DNA from: Chloroflexota bacterium
GTDB taxonomy: Bacteria > Chloroflexota > Dehalococcoidia > GIF9 > AB-539-J10
Assembly: GCA_037444365.1 (NCBI GenBank)
Contig: JBBIMO010000003.1
Coordinates: forward strand, 10,854-74,853
Direction: 5' to 3'
Length of the DNA stretch: 64,000 bases
Below the pieces are notes generated by a model that was not told the DNA's origin, ran no database searches, and saw only the letters and a list, made by a program, of their open reading frames with translations. Of the stretch, positions 11,458 through 21,286 are shown one piece after another (position 1 is the stretch's first letter; each line of letters starts with the position of its first letter). The position numbers and the translations under genes were made by a program.

Positions 11458-12732
11458 TCAGGCTTTGAGAAGCTCTTTTCCTCCTATGGAACTGCCGCTG
11501 GGAATAGACAGGGCAGAGAAATCACTCTCATTTACGCCAGGGTCAATCTTGCAGTTTCGCCCGACTCTCAGTCCCGGGGGCAGCCTTGCCCCCTTGCCTA
11601 CTACTGTGATGCCACAGTTTAGATGGTCAGGTTCGTCCTTGTTGGGAGTATAGTCATCCCCACAACCAATCCAGCACCCCGGACCAATATTGCATTCCTT
11701 GTCGATGATGGAGCGTTCTACAACAGCACCCTGAGCCACTACGGTATCGTGGAAAACTATGGAGTCGATCACGTGGGCTCCTTCTTCGACATAGACATGA
11801 GGAGAAAGCACGGAGTTGTGCACACGTCCGTTTATGATACAACCGTTGCTCACAAGGCTCCTACTGATTTGAGCCCTTGGTCCCAGCTTTACCGGTGGCA
11901 TGTCGACTGAAAGCGTTCTTACCTCCGTCTCAGGGTCGTAGAGATTGAACAGAGGTAAATCAACCACCAGATCCATATTGGCTTGCCAGTATGCTTCGAT
12001 TGTCCCGACATCACGCCAATAGCCTTGATACGTATAGCCGCAGATACGATAATGCCCTATTGCATCCGGTATTATCTGGCTGCCAAAATCCCGCAAGCCA
12101 CGGCGGTGGGCATCTTGCAGAACCTTGAAAAGTATGTCCCTGCTAAAAACATAGATGCCCATGGAAGCCAGGTTGCTTTTCGGTTGGGATGGTTTTTCCT
12201 CAAAGGCAACCACCTTCCTGTTGTCATCGAGGAGCACAATGCCAAAACGATTTGTCTCATGCCACGGCACCTCAGTCACCCCAATGGTAATGTCGGCTTC
12301 CTGCTGCTCATGAAACTTAAGCATGTCTTCATAACGCATGGTGTAAACGTGGTCCCCTGATAGAATGAGGACTTCGTCAACGCGGCTATCTTCTACGAAC
12401 TCCAGGTTATGGTAAACAGCCTCTGCTGTGCCTTTGTACCAGTGCATCTCTCCGTTGGTGCTCACAAAAGGATAGAGCAAGTTGATTCCTCCGATTACAC
12501 GGTCGAGGTCCCAGGGTTTGCCCACACCGATATGGCGTGCTAACGAGCGCGGATTGTATTGCGGTATGACAGCTACCGTGTTAATCCCGGAGTTGACGCA
12601 ATTGCTCAAAACAAAGTCAATTATGCGATATTTGCCACCAAAGGGAACTGCTGGCTTAGCACGCTCGTGGGCTAGCACACTCAGTCTCTTCCCTTCACCG
12701 CCGGCAAGGATTACGGCCAATGTCTTTTTCAT
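11458..12732 (-). CDS. glgC: glucose-1-phosphate adenylyltransferase
   Basis: [42 protein letters not shown]. Confidence 0.97.
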   Translation of the reverse strand: MKKTLAVILAGGEGKRLSVLAHERAKPAVPFGGKYRIIDFVLSNCVNSGINTVAVIPQYNPRSLARHIGVGKPWDLDRVIGGINLLYPFVSTNGEMHWYKGTAEAVYHNLEFVEDSRVDEVLILSGDHVYTMRYEDMLKFHEQQEADITIGVTEVPWHETNRFGIVLLDDNRKVVAFEEKPSQPKSNLASMGIYVFSRDILFKVLQDAHRRGLRDFGSQIIPDAIGHYRICGYTYQGYWRDVGTIEAYWQANMDLVVDLPLFNLYDPETEVRTLSVDMPPVKLGPRAQISRSLVSNGCIINGRVHNSVLSPHVYVEEGAHVIDSIVFHDTVVAQGAVVERSIIDKECNIGPGCWIGCGDDYTPNKDEPDHLNCGITVVGKGARLPPGLRVGRNCKIDPGVNESDFSALSIPSGSSIGGKELLKA

Positions 12733-12840
12733 CTAGGCGTCCTCTGACCTAAGCAGGTTATAACAGGGTCATGACTATTGTAACCATTCGGCAATGCTAT
12801 GTCTAATACCATTCAATAGGGCTTCGTCCTATGATCAGTC

Positions 12841-14973
12841 TTACTGGCGGGCGGCCGGTACATACATTCGCTCGATGTATTCTTTCAGCATGCGCCGCGT
12901 ACAGAAGCGAGGTACAATGGAACTTATCGCCTCTTTGATCATACGCACCCAGCCATGAGGCACGCCATTCCTGTCTCGTTGGTAATAGAGAGGTATAACT
13001 TCCTCTTCCAGGAGACAATACAGCGCTGCGGCATCTGACTTATCTTCCCCCCCTGGGTCATATGCTCCGACCTCGGGGCCGATGGACCATCCATTAATGC
13101 CGTTATAGCCCTCGTACCACCAGCCATCGCGGACGCTGAGATGCAGAACACCATTCAGTACTGCTTTCATGCCACTGGTGCCGGAAGCTTCCTGAAGGCG
13201 ACGAGGCGTATTCAACCACACATCTACCCCCTGGACCAGATAGTGAGCCATATGTATGTCGTAATCCTCAACAAAAGCTATTCGGCCCTGAAAAGCAGGA
13301 TCAGTAGCCTGAGTGTATGCATCGTGGAGCAGTTGTTTTGAAGGAGTGTCTGCGGGGTGAGACTTGCCAGCGAAGATTATCTGAACCGGGTGCCATCTAT
13401 TAGTGACAATGCGCTTGAGACGCTCTACGTCATGGAAAATTAACTGAGGCCGCTTGTAGGCGGCAAAACGACGGACAAAGCCGATGGTCAGAGCATCCTG
13501 GTCCAGCAAAGAACCCATAGCCAGCACCTGCCGGGCATTGCATTCACGTTCAGTGGAGCATTGCCGTGCTCGCTCCACCATGGCGCTGATAAGCTTACGT
13601 TTGAGAATTTGATGCACTGCCCAGAGCTCTTCGTCAGGAATACTTAACACAAGGTCTCTAAGATTGGCATCATCATATCTTCTGGATACATCGCGTCCCA
13701 GGTACTTTTCATAGAGGCGGCTCATCTCCCGAGCAACCCAGGTAGGCACGTGAATCCCATTAGTAATATGAGAGATAGGTATCTCGTCCTCTTTAACATC
13801 AGGCCAGAGGCCATGCCACATTTTTCGGGTGATTCCTCCGTGAACTTGGCTAACTGCATTGCGATGGTCAGCCATTCTTAAGGCAAGCGCGGTCATATTA
13901 AAGGCGTCGTCACCGGTGCCATCCTGCCGTCCCAGCTCCAAAAATGCTTCTCTGCTGATTCCCAGAGACTCCCAATAACCGTGAAAGTACTTTTCCACAA
14001 GTGAGATAGGGAAGATATCGTGCCCTGCGGCGACTGCGGTATGAGTAGTGAACACAGTAGCCGCGCTCACCCTTCGAAGAGCCTCTGAAAAGGCGACACC
14101 CTTTTCCACCTCTTCCCTGACACGTTCTAGCGTCATGAAAGCACAGTGACCTTCGTTGGCATGCCACACCGATGGTTTGATGCCAAGAGATCGTAAGACA
14201 CGCACACCACCTATTCCCAGCACAATTTCCTGCTGGATGCGCTGCTCCTGGTCAGCAGCGTAAAGACGAGCACAGAGCTGCCGATCCTGAGACACATTGC
14301 CCTCAACATCACAACATAGTAAATAGAGGCTCTCTTGGCCTAACCGCACCTGCCACACTCCGATATAAATGGGTCTATCACCTAATTCAAGCTGAATCAA
14401 CGGGCCGCACCACTTAGAACGAGGGACCGGATTAATTGGCGTGATAGGTGCCTCATCGAAATCCAATTGCTCATAAACTTCCTCTTGCCAGCCATCGGCC
14501 GAAATATGCTGGTGGAAATACCCCTGTGGGTACATGAAGCCAAGTCCCACAAGGGGCAGCCCGAGGTCACTCGCCTCCTTGCACATGTCTCCTGCCAGAA
14601 CCCCCAGTCCACCAGCATATATGGGAAGGGAGTTATGCACAGCAAACTCCATTGAGAAGTAGGCAACGGGACCGCCTAGGGTATTGGGATAGTTGGTAGC
14701 AAACCAACTATTCCTATTCGACATCTCGGCATCAAAGGCTGACATCACAGAGTCATATAAGTTGAGAAAAGTGGGGTCAGCGACAGCTGCTGTCAACTTG
14801 TCTGTGCTGATCTCCCATAGTTGCTTAACCGGGTTATGCCCGCTTGACCGCCATAGCGAGTAGTCCAGGGCTCGGAACAAGTCGCGCGCCTGTAGGTGCC
14901 AGCTCCACCACAGATTGTTAGCCAGCTCCTCCAGGCGGCCTATTCGTTCAGGTATTCCCGGTCTTGAAGACAT
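12841..14973 (-). CDS. glgP: alpha-glucan phosphorylase (GT35)
   Basis: YFSMEF, YAGGLG, NEGH, RRFAAYKR, PLP motif EASGTSGMKA. Confidence 0.95.
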   Translation of the reverse strand: MSSRPGIPERIGRLEELANNLWWSWHLQARDLFRALDYSLWRSSGHNPVKQLWEISTDKLTAAVADPTFLNLYDSVMSAFDAEMSNRNSWFATNYPNTLGGPVAYFSMEFAVHNSLPIYAGGLGVLAGDMCKEASDLGLPLVGLGFMYPQGYFHQHISADGWQEEVYEQLDFDEAPITPINPVPRSKWCGPLIQLELGDRPIYIGVWQVRLGQESLYLLCCDVEGNVSQDRQLCARLYAADQEQRIQQEIVLGIGGVRVLRSLGIKPSVWHANEGHCAFMTLERVREEVEKGVAFSEALRRVSAATVFTTHTAVAAGHDIFPISLVEKYFHGYWESLGISREAFLELGRQDGTGDDAFNMTALALRMADHRNAVSQVHGGITRKMWHGLWPDVKEDEIPISHITNGIHVPTWVAREMSRLYEKYLGRDVSRRYDDANLRDLVLSIPDEELWAVHQILKRKLISAMVERARQCSTERECNARQVLAMGSLLDQDALTIGFVRRFAAYKRPQLIFHDVERLKRIVTNRWHPVQIIFAGKSHPADTPSKQLLHDAYTQATDPAFQGRIAFVEDYDIHMAHYLVQGVDVWLNTPRRLQEASGTSGMKAVLNGVLHLSVRDGWWYEGYNGINGWSIGPEVGAYDPGGEDKSDAAALYCLLEEEVIPLYYQRDRNGVPHGWVRMIKEAISSIVPRFCTRRMLKEYIERMYVPAARQ

Positions 14974-15059
14974 GTTCTGTAGCTGCTGAGCTACTTGCTC
15001 AGCAACAGTGTTTGATCAACCTCGCAGTCCTTTCGACAGATTCTTTCGGTTGATCGGGT

Positions 15060-15068
15060 ATTATAGCA
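15060..15068 (-). promoter_or_regulatory. extended -10 promoter of the glgP(-C-A-B) transcript
   Basis: minus strand TGCTATAAT about 87 nt upstream of the glgP ATG. Confidence 0.55.
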
Positions 15069-15185
15069 AAACATAGTCTGCGTTATCATGCGCGCATACA
15101 GGCCATGTTTTGATGATCTTGAAACTGAGTTACTTCGTATGCTCGCCTATCTGTAACTCCGCCCGGTTCTGACCAATCACCCTTG

Positions 15186-15194
15186 TGTTATAAT
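15186..15194 (+). promoter_or_regulatory. extended -10 promoter of the DUF5752 gene
   Basis: TGTTATAAT followed by SD GGAGG and ATG 15228. Confidence 0.55.
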
Positions 15195-15227
15195 GTAGGG
15201 TGCCATAGATTTGGGAGGTGTGTGAGC

Positions 15228-15539
15228 ATGTTCAGGAGTTTCAAGATTAGCAAAGAGGAAGCCAGGAGACGTTTAGCGGACGTGCCAGACGATAAACGAT
15301 TCTGGTGTCACGACGGCAAAATTGTTAGGAACCTCAGGGAGCTTGCCAGGGCTTTGAATGACATGAGTGACGAAACCTTCCGATATCATTTGAGCGGGGG
15401 GAGGAACGATTTCAGCAAGTGGATCAGAGAAGTGTTGGGAGATGGCAAGCTGGCAGATGAGTTCAGCAGGGTCAAATCTCGCATGCAGGCAAGCCAGGTA
15501 GTTACGAAGAGCATCCTGCTACTCGAGCGCAGGATGTAG
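15228..15539 (+). CDS. DUF5752-like small protein
   Basis: F-x-C-H-DG..NLREL..MSDETFRYH..NDFSKWIREVLGD pattern; GGAGG SD. Confidence 0.75.
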   Translation: MFRSFKISKEEARRRLADVPDDKRFWCHDGKIVRNLRELARALNDMSDETFRYHLSGGRNDFSKWIREVLGDGKLADEFSRVKSRMQASQVVTKSILLLERRM

Positions 15540-15665
15540 AGATATCATCAGGTTTCGTTGGAGATGGATCATATCGGAGACCTAGAACAAGCTGTGGAAT
15601 GTCGCAATTTGCGTTGTGAAGTCTCGATATGACTATAAAGGCTCAAGAGGACTGGTCTTCCAATA

Positions 15666-16961
15666 TTACTGCGCGAATAGTTTGTCTTCCAGTCTGTTTC
15701 TAATGTCCCTAGCAGCGACAGCACGTCGGTAATATTCCCGTTTGGTTTCCTCCGCAACGCCGCTCTTGATGATGGCCCGATAGGCATTAACGACAGTTCG
15801 CCACTGGTCCAGTAAGCCCATGTGAATGAGGTTGATGTCCCACATTGGGCGACTGCTGGCCCACCACATCTGGCAACTGTGCTCAGCTCGATCCAAAAGG
15901 CCTCGAGCAATCGTGGCAGAGCGTCGGCTTTCCTCATTATCAGCACACTCCAGTGCTTTGTTCACTAGATCAATGCATATACCCAAGTGTTCCCATTGCA
16001 GACGGTGGACCTCATTTTTGTTGTCTTGCCACAATGGATAAAAGTTGCCGCTCTCTATGTCATCGGCTGTGCTGCTCCAGGAAGATTGCCTGGGCTCCAC
16101 CATTGGACCCTGCGGGAAGAGTTCCAGAAGCTGACTGATAGTAACCATCTGGATTCTGGTGGCAGTTTCGCCGTTGGTCAATAGGGAAACGTGTCGTCCA
16201 GCCAGCGCCGTAGCTTGTCTGACCTCTCCAGGATACTGTCCAGATGGTTCCAGCTCCTCGTAAACTCTAGCCAGGAATGTCCTTTCCCAACCCTGAATGT
16301 GATGCCCATAGGTTTCAGCATCCATAGCTGTGACCACATAGATATTCCTCCTTTCGCCCTGCCACTGCTCCAGGTGAGCAATGAATTCCCTGGGTCCTAG
16401 AGCTTGAAAGCTTATCCTGTTGCTGAGCACGTCGTCGCGGAAGAAAACCGCTATCTCCTGCCCATCAGATTTCGCCCTATAGATAAGGTCCACAGGCCAG
16501 GCTGCCCGGCAAGCAATACCGCTGAGAATAGTCCAGCGACAACCTGACTCGATTATAGGCTGCAAAATGCCTTGACTGTAACATAATTCAGGGGGGAAGA
16601 ACCCCTGAGGAGCGTAGGCTCTACCGAAAAAGCGTCGATTGGTCTGCGCGTTCAGGTTTATCTGCCTTTTCACTTCTTCTCTGGGTATCAACGGAAGAAT
16701 AGGATGGTATTTCCCTGTTCCTGTGAATTCAATCTGGCCCATTTCAGCCAGACTTCTGAAGCCTTCGACTATGTCTTTGTGTCCGCAGTCCATCAGCATA
16801 TCAGTCAGGACGCCATTGAAATTCACGGCTAATCTGGCATTGGGATACTCCTCAAAAACATGGAGTAGAGGGCGATAGGACTCATTGCATATCTTTCTGA
16901 GTACCTGCGGCGTTTGCGTCGGTGGCTGGTAGAAATGCAGCAGCTGCGCCCAGTAAATCAT
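15666..16961 (-). CDS. glycoside hydrolase family 57 protein
   Basis: LHFYQPP, ESYRP, HPILPL, FFPPELCY (nucleophile), AMDAETYGHH (acid/base). Confidence 0.88.
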   Translation of the reverse strand: MIYWAQLLHFYQPPTQTPQVLRKICNESYRPLLHVFEEYPNARLAVNFNGVLTDMLMDCGHKDIVEGFRSLAEMGQIEFTGTGKYHPILPLIPREEVKRQINLNAQTNRRFFGRAYAPQGFFPPELCYSQGILQPIIESGCRWTILSGIACRAAWPVDLIYRAKSDGQEIAVFFRDDVLSNRISFQALGPREFIAHLEQWQGERRNIYVVTAMDAETYGHHIQGWERTFLARVYEELEPSGQYPGEVRQATALAGRHVSLLTNGETATRIQMVTISQLLELFPQGPMVEPRQSSWSSTADDIESGNFYPLWQDNKNEVHRLQWEHLGICIDLVNKALECADNEESRRSATIARGLLDRAEHSCQMWWASSRPMWDINLIHMGLLDQWRTVVNAYRAIIKSGVAEETKREYYRRAVAARDIRNRLEDKLFAQ

Positions 16962-17163
16962 CTATACCTCCAGACGACAATGTTACCCAGGTGGCCCACA
17001 GAGGCTGGCAAATCCTGCCTATTCTAGCACAAGTTCAGGTTACAAACGGATGTTTCTATCTGAGCCTGAAGCCTATCGAACGAACTCCGGAAACACAACC
17101 AAGTTACTACGTTCTCGAACGGCTTCAAACCGCCAAGGCAACAGATTTGCCAGGCCGGTGAAG

Positions 17164-18846
17164 TCAGGAGTGCTGGCTTATCCTGCCAAATTCCTTCTCC
17201 AGTTGATGGGCACTCACATGAATCATCGTTGGCCGGCCATGCGGACAGGTACGCGGTTGTTTCGTCATTTCTAGCTGCTTTATTAGCTCTCGTATCTCTT
17301 CGCCGCTCAGTTGCTGGCCAGCTCTGACAGCACCGTGGCAGGCCAGAGACTCTGCTATCTTCTCTTCCAAATGTTTGGGATTCTCCTTGCCGGCTAGGGT
17401 ATCAAGCAGCCCGGTTATCATCTCAATTACATTGGCTCTGGCCATCAGAGCCGGCACGGTCCGTATTAGATAACTTCTGTTTCCGAAGGGCTCGATAGTG
17501 AAACCAAAGGCAGCAAGGAACTCTTTGCTAGCCATCAGGCTCTCTTCTTCTCTGGGGCTAAACTGAATAGTCAGCGGCTGTAGTAATCCCTGAACGTCAA
17601 CCGTCCTCTGTGACCACTGGGTCAAAATCCGATCATACAGTATGCGCTCATGAGCAGCATGCTGGTCAATGAGATACAATCCATCGGGTCCCTCAGCGAT
17701 AACATAGGTATTGGCCAGTTGCCCGAGCACCCGCAAGAGTGGCAGTTCCAGCGTGGGCAACTGTGAAACAACAAATGCCGGCTCGTTGTCCATTATCATT
17801 CTGGGCTTCTGCCACTGCTCTGAGCTGGCCGAGAAAGACACGGTCTTCTGGTTAGCTATAGGACTCTTGCCCAACGCCTCTTCTACAGCTTGCCTTACAC
17901 AGCGAAAGACAGCCTGCTCCTGACGAAATCTGATCTCAGCTTTGGCGGGATGGACATTGACATCTAACTCCTGAGCCGGCAGGGAAATATTGACTACCGC
18001 AAGAGGATGCTGCCCATCCATAAGCAAACCACGATAGGCTTCTTCGGTAGCCCGAATCAGCAAGGGACTGTGTACCCACCTGCGATTGACGAAGAAGCTG
18101 AGATACTTGCGATTGGAGCGAGACGAGGAAGGCGGGCTTGTTAAGCCGCTGACTTCAGCCAGCACATCGTTCTGTTCCACCTTCAGCATCGTCTCGGCTA
18201 GCTCGGAACCATACAACTCCCTTATCACCCCGCGTAGATCTCCATTACCTGTTGTGTGCAGGCTCTGGCGTTTATCAAGAACCAGAGTAAACCTAACCCC
18301 TGGAAAGGCTAGGGCGTACTGACTCACCAGATGGGCGATATGGCTGTTTTCAGTACCAGCTGACTTCAGAAACTTGAGCCGCGCCGGAAAGTAGCGAAAC
18401 AATCTGCGCACGGTCATGGTAGTGCCCTGAGGCCTCGCCCGGCTCTCCTTGAGCACCGCCTCGCCATTCCTCAAATGCAGATAGTTACCAGCAGACTCCG
18501 ACGTTGCTTTAGTGAGGACTTCGACCTCGGCCACTGCGGCAATGCTGGGCAAGGCTTCGCCCCGAAACCCCAGGCTGGAAATCCTGTCCAAATCGTCCAA
18601 ACTGCCAATCTTGCTTGTGGCATACCTGTGAAACGCAAGTTCCAACTCCGATGCCGGAATACCTGTTCCATTATCGCTCACTCTGATCAGCTCGATCCCA
18701 CCACCTTGAGCTTCTACTGTAATTACAGTGGCTCCCGCATCCAGGGAGTTCTCTATCAGCTCCTTGACCACCGAGGCCGGCCTCTCAACCACCTCCCCAG
18801 CGGCAATTTTGGAGATAACCTCTGGCTGCAAAATCCTGATCATCAT
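17164..18846 (-). CDS. mutL: DNA mismatch repair endonuclease MutL
   Basis: KIAAGEVVERPASVVKELIENSLDAGA, GFRGEAL, DQHAAHER, ACH, CPHGRP. Confidence 0.97.
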   Translation of the reverse strand: MMIRILQPEVISKIAAGEVVERPASVVKELIENSLDAGATVITVEAQGGGIELIRVSDNGTGIPASELELAFHRYATSKIGSLDDLDRISSLGFRGEALPSIAAVAEVEVLTKATSESAGNYLHLRNGEAVLKESRARPQGTTMTVRRLFRYFPARLKFLKSAGTENSHIAHLVSQYALAFPGVRFTLVLDKRQSLHTTGNGDLRGVIRELYGSELAETMLKVEQNDVLAEVSGLTSPPSSSRSNRKYLSFFVNRRWVHSPLLIRATEEAYRGLLMDGQHPLAVVNISLPAQELDVNVHPAKAEIRFRQEQAVFRCVRQAVEEALGKSPIANQKTVSFSASSEQWQKPRMIMDNEPAFVVSQLPTLELPLLRVLGQLANTYVIAEGPDGLYLIDQHAAHERILYDRILTQWSQRTVDVQGLLQPLTIQFSPREEESLMASKEFLAAFGFTIEPFGNRSYLIRTVPALMARANVIEMITGLLDTLAGKENPKHLEEKIAESLACHGAVRAGQQLSGEEIRELIKQLEMTKQPRTCPHGRPTMIHVSAHQLEKEFGRISQHS

Positions 18847-18855
18847 CTATAGTAG

Positions 18856-18884
18856 AGTTTACACGGTTTCGTGTATCATGTCAA
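18856..18884 (-). promoter_or_regulatory. mutL promoter with a palindrome in the spacer
   Basis: minus strand TTGACA-N17-TAAACT, 9 nt before ATG; TACACG-N4-CGTGTA at 18860-18875. Confidence 0.6.
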
Positions 18885-18888
18885 CAGG

Positions 18889-21093
18889 TTATGAGGCAAG
18901 ATCGACGTCTTTCTCGATTTTTTCCAGAGGCGCCAGGCTGGCCAGGAGCTTCTTGACACCGGCGACCTCAAAGACCACGGTCAGCTCATGGTCATCTCTG
19001 GTAGGACTGCAATTCATCACTATGCCAGAGCCAAACTTGCTATGACGGACATGGTCGCCAACTTTCAGCGTTACAGCGCTCAACAATCCATCTGAGGGCT
19101 GCAGGCTCTGTCGGAAATCCGAGCTAGCTGCGGGAGATGCGATGTCCTCCCATAATCCTCTGGGAGTTATCAGATGGGGTGAAATGTCCTTGAGAAAGCG
19201 AGACGGTGGATTTGCCGTGCTCCCACCGAACAGGCTCCGACGGTAGCTTCGTAAGAGATAAAGACGCTTCTTCGCCCTGGTTATCCCCACGTAGCAGAGA
19301 CGGCGCTCCTCTTCCATTTGTTCCGGGTCGTCGAAGGATCTTCGGTGTGGGAGAATCCCTTCCTCCAGACCAATAATAAAAACGACTGCAAACTCCAGGC
19401 CTTTGGCTTGATGCAAGGTGATCAGGGTCACAGCATCAGCTTCATCTTCCAGTTCATCTGTATCCGATACCAGGCTGACGTTTTGCAGGAACGTAGCCAA
19501 AGCATCTTTCGGAGCCAGTTCGTTGTATTCGCTGGCAACATTGCGTAGCTCCGTTACGTTCTCCCACCTCTCCTCGCCATCCTCCTTAGCCACAATATAT
19601 TCTCTATATTTGGTGTCCTCCAGTATCTCATCCACTAGACCAGCAAGGCTCAGCTCATGGCTCCGGGCTGTGAGTCTAGCCATAAGACCACCGAATCCAG
19701 CGAGAGCCTGAACAGCGCGCGAGGGACGAGATTGCTTCGCGTCGCTGGCAATGACATCGTGACTCGCCTGTTTTATGGCCTCAAAAAGGGAAGTATTGTT
19801 AGCTCTTGCCCAAAATTGAAGCGTGTCAACGGTCTTTTGTCCAATGCCTCGGCCGGGCACATTTATGATTCGATTCAGGCTGACGTTGTCCTGCGGATTA
19901 TGGATAACTCTGAGGTAGGCAATGACATCTTTAACCTCTTGCCTCTGGTAGAAACGGGTGCCTCCAACAAGTCTATATGGCACCCCATAGCGCATGAAGG
20001 TTTCCTCCAAAGCTCGTGATTGAGCATTAACCCGATACATTACGGCGCAATCCTTGAGTGATATTTGCTCCTGACTAATCAGCCTCTCAATCTCGTTGAC
20101 TACTGATTGCGCCTCTTCCTCTGCACTATAACTTTCAACAACCGATACCGGAACTCCGTCTTCGTTATCCGTCCACAGCTTTTTGGGCTTGCGTAGTACA
20201 TTCGCTGAGATGACGTCTGAGGCCGCCTCTAGAATCGTCTTGGTGGAGCGATAATTTTGCTCCAAAAACACGACTTTAGCTTCGGGGTAATCCCTTTCAA
20301 AGCTCAGGATATTGCGTAGGTCAGCGAATCGCCAGGAATAAATGGACTGGTCAGGATCACCGACCACACACAAATTCCGATATCTTCCTCCAAGCTGCTT
20401 CATAAGTTCATACTGGGCTATGTTGGTGTCCTGAAATTCGTCAACCAAAATGTGGACATACCTCGACTGGTATTTGGTGAGGATTTGAGGATGGTCACGG
20501 AACAACCGCACGGTTTTCATCAACAGGTCGTCGAAATCCGCTGCCCGAGCCTGGTCGAGCAACTGCTGATACCGCTGGTAGACTCTATGAACCACCTCAT
20601 CAAAATAGCTGCTCACCCAGTGGCCATAATCTCCGGGGCTAGTGAGACGACTCTTTGCGGCGCTGATAGCTGAGCGTAGCGCCTGAGGGGCATACTGCTT
20701 GGCATCGAGGTTCAATTCCTCCAGGGTCTGTTTCATCAACCTTGACTGGTCCTCCTCATCGTAGATAACAAAGCTTGACTCAAGTCCGATAGTCTTGCCA
20801 TCACGACGGAGAATTCGAGCACAGATCGCATGAAAGGTGCCCAAAGTCAAAGCCTCCACAGCCTGACCCAGAAGCTGGTCCAGCCTCTCTCTCATCTCTC
20901 GTGCGGCCTTGTTCGTGAATGTAACTGCCATAATGTGGTGGGGACTGACTCTGCAGAGCTTAACCAGATAAGCGACCCGATGGGTGATCACTCGGGTCTT
21001 GCCACTCCCCGGTCCTGCCAGAATAAGTACAGGCCCTTCGATGGCTTCCACAGCTTGTCTCTGAGCAGGATTGAGAGTGGCTAAGATATCCAT
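18889..21093 (-). CDS. pcrA: UvrD/PcrA-family DNA helicase
   Basis: AGPGSGKT, FTNKAA, VDEFQD, GDPDQSIY, QNYRS, TLHQAKGLEF, EERRLCYVGITRA; C-terminal Tudor-like VRHSKFG. Confidence 0.95.
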   Translation of the reverse strand: MDILATLNPAQRQAVEAIEGPVLILAGPGSGKTRVITHRVAYLVKLCRVSPHHIMAVTFTNKAAREMRERLDQLLGQAVEALTLGTFHAICARILRRDGKTIGLESSFVIYDEEDQSRLMKQTLEELNLDAKQYAPQALRSAISAAKSRLTSPGDYGHWVSSYFDEVVHRVYQRYQQLLDQARAADFDDLLMKTVRLFRDHPQILTKYQSRYVHILVDEFQDTNIAQYELMKQLGGRYRNLCVVGDPDQSIYSWRFADLRNILSFERDYPEAKVVFLEQNYRSTKTILEAASDVISANVLRKPKKLWTDNEDGVPVSVVESYSAEEEAQSVVNEIERLISQEQISLKDCAVMYRVNAQSRALEETFMRYGVPYRLVGGTRFYQRQEVKDVIAYLRVIHNPQDNVSLNRIINVPGRGIGQKTVDTLQFWARANNTSLFEAIKQASHDVIASDAKQSRPSRAVQALAGFGGLMARLTARSHELSLAGLVDEILEDTKYREYIVAKEDGEERWENVTELRNVASEYNELAPKDALATFLQNVSLVSDTDELEDEADAVTLITLHQAKGLEFAVVFIIGLEEGILPHRRSFDDPEQMEEERRLCYVGITRAKKRLYLLRSYRRSLFGGSTANPPSRFLKDISPHLITPRGLWEDIASPAASSDFRQSLQPSDGLLSAVTLKVGDHVRHSKFGSGIVMNCSPTRDDHELTVVFEVAGVKKLLASLAPLEKIEKDVDLAS

Positions 21094-21286
21094 GGGGATT
21101 TGCTTGCCATTATAGCATTAGCAGGGGAAGACCCCAATATCAATTGTTCGGGCAACGAATTCGTGACCCATGATTGCCACAACGCAATTCGAACAGATAT
21201 AATCTCACTGTAAGTTCTGCAAATTGCCTGGTGAATCAGCGCAAAACGTCTGACCGTCTGCCCAAACGCAGGAAAAGGGGGTAACG

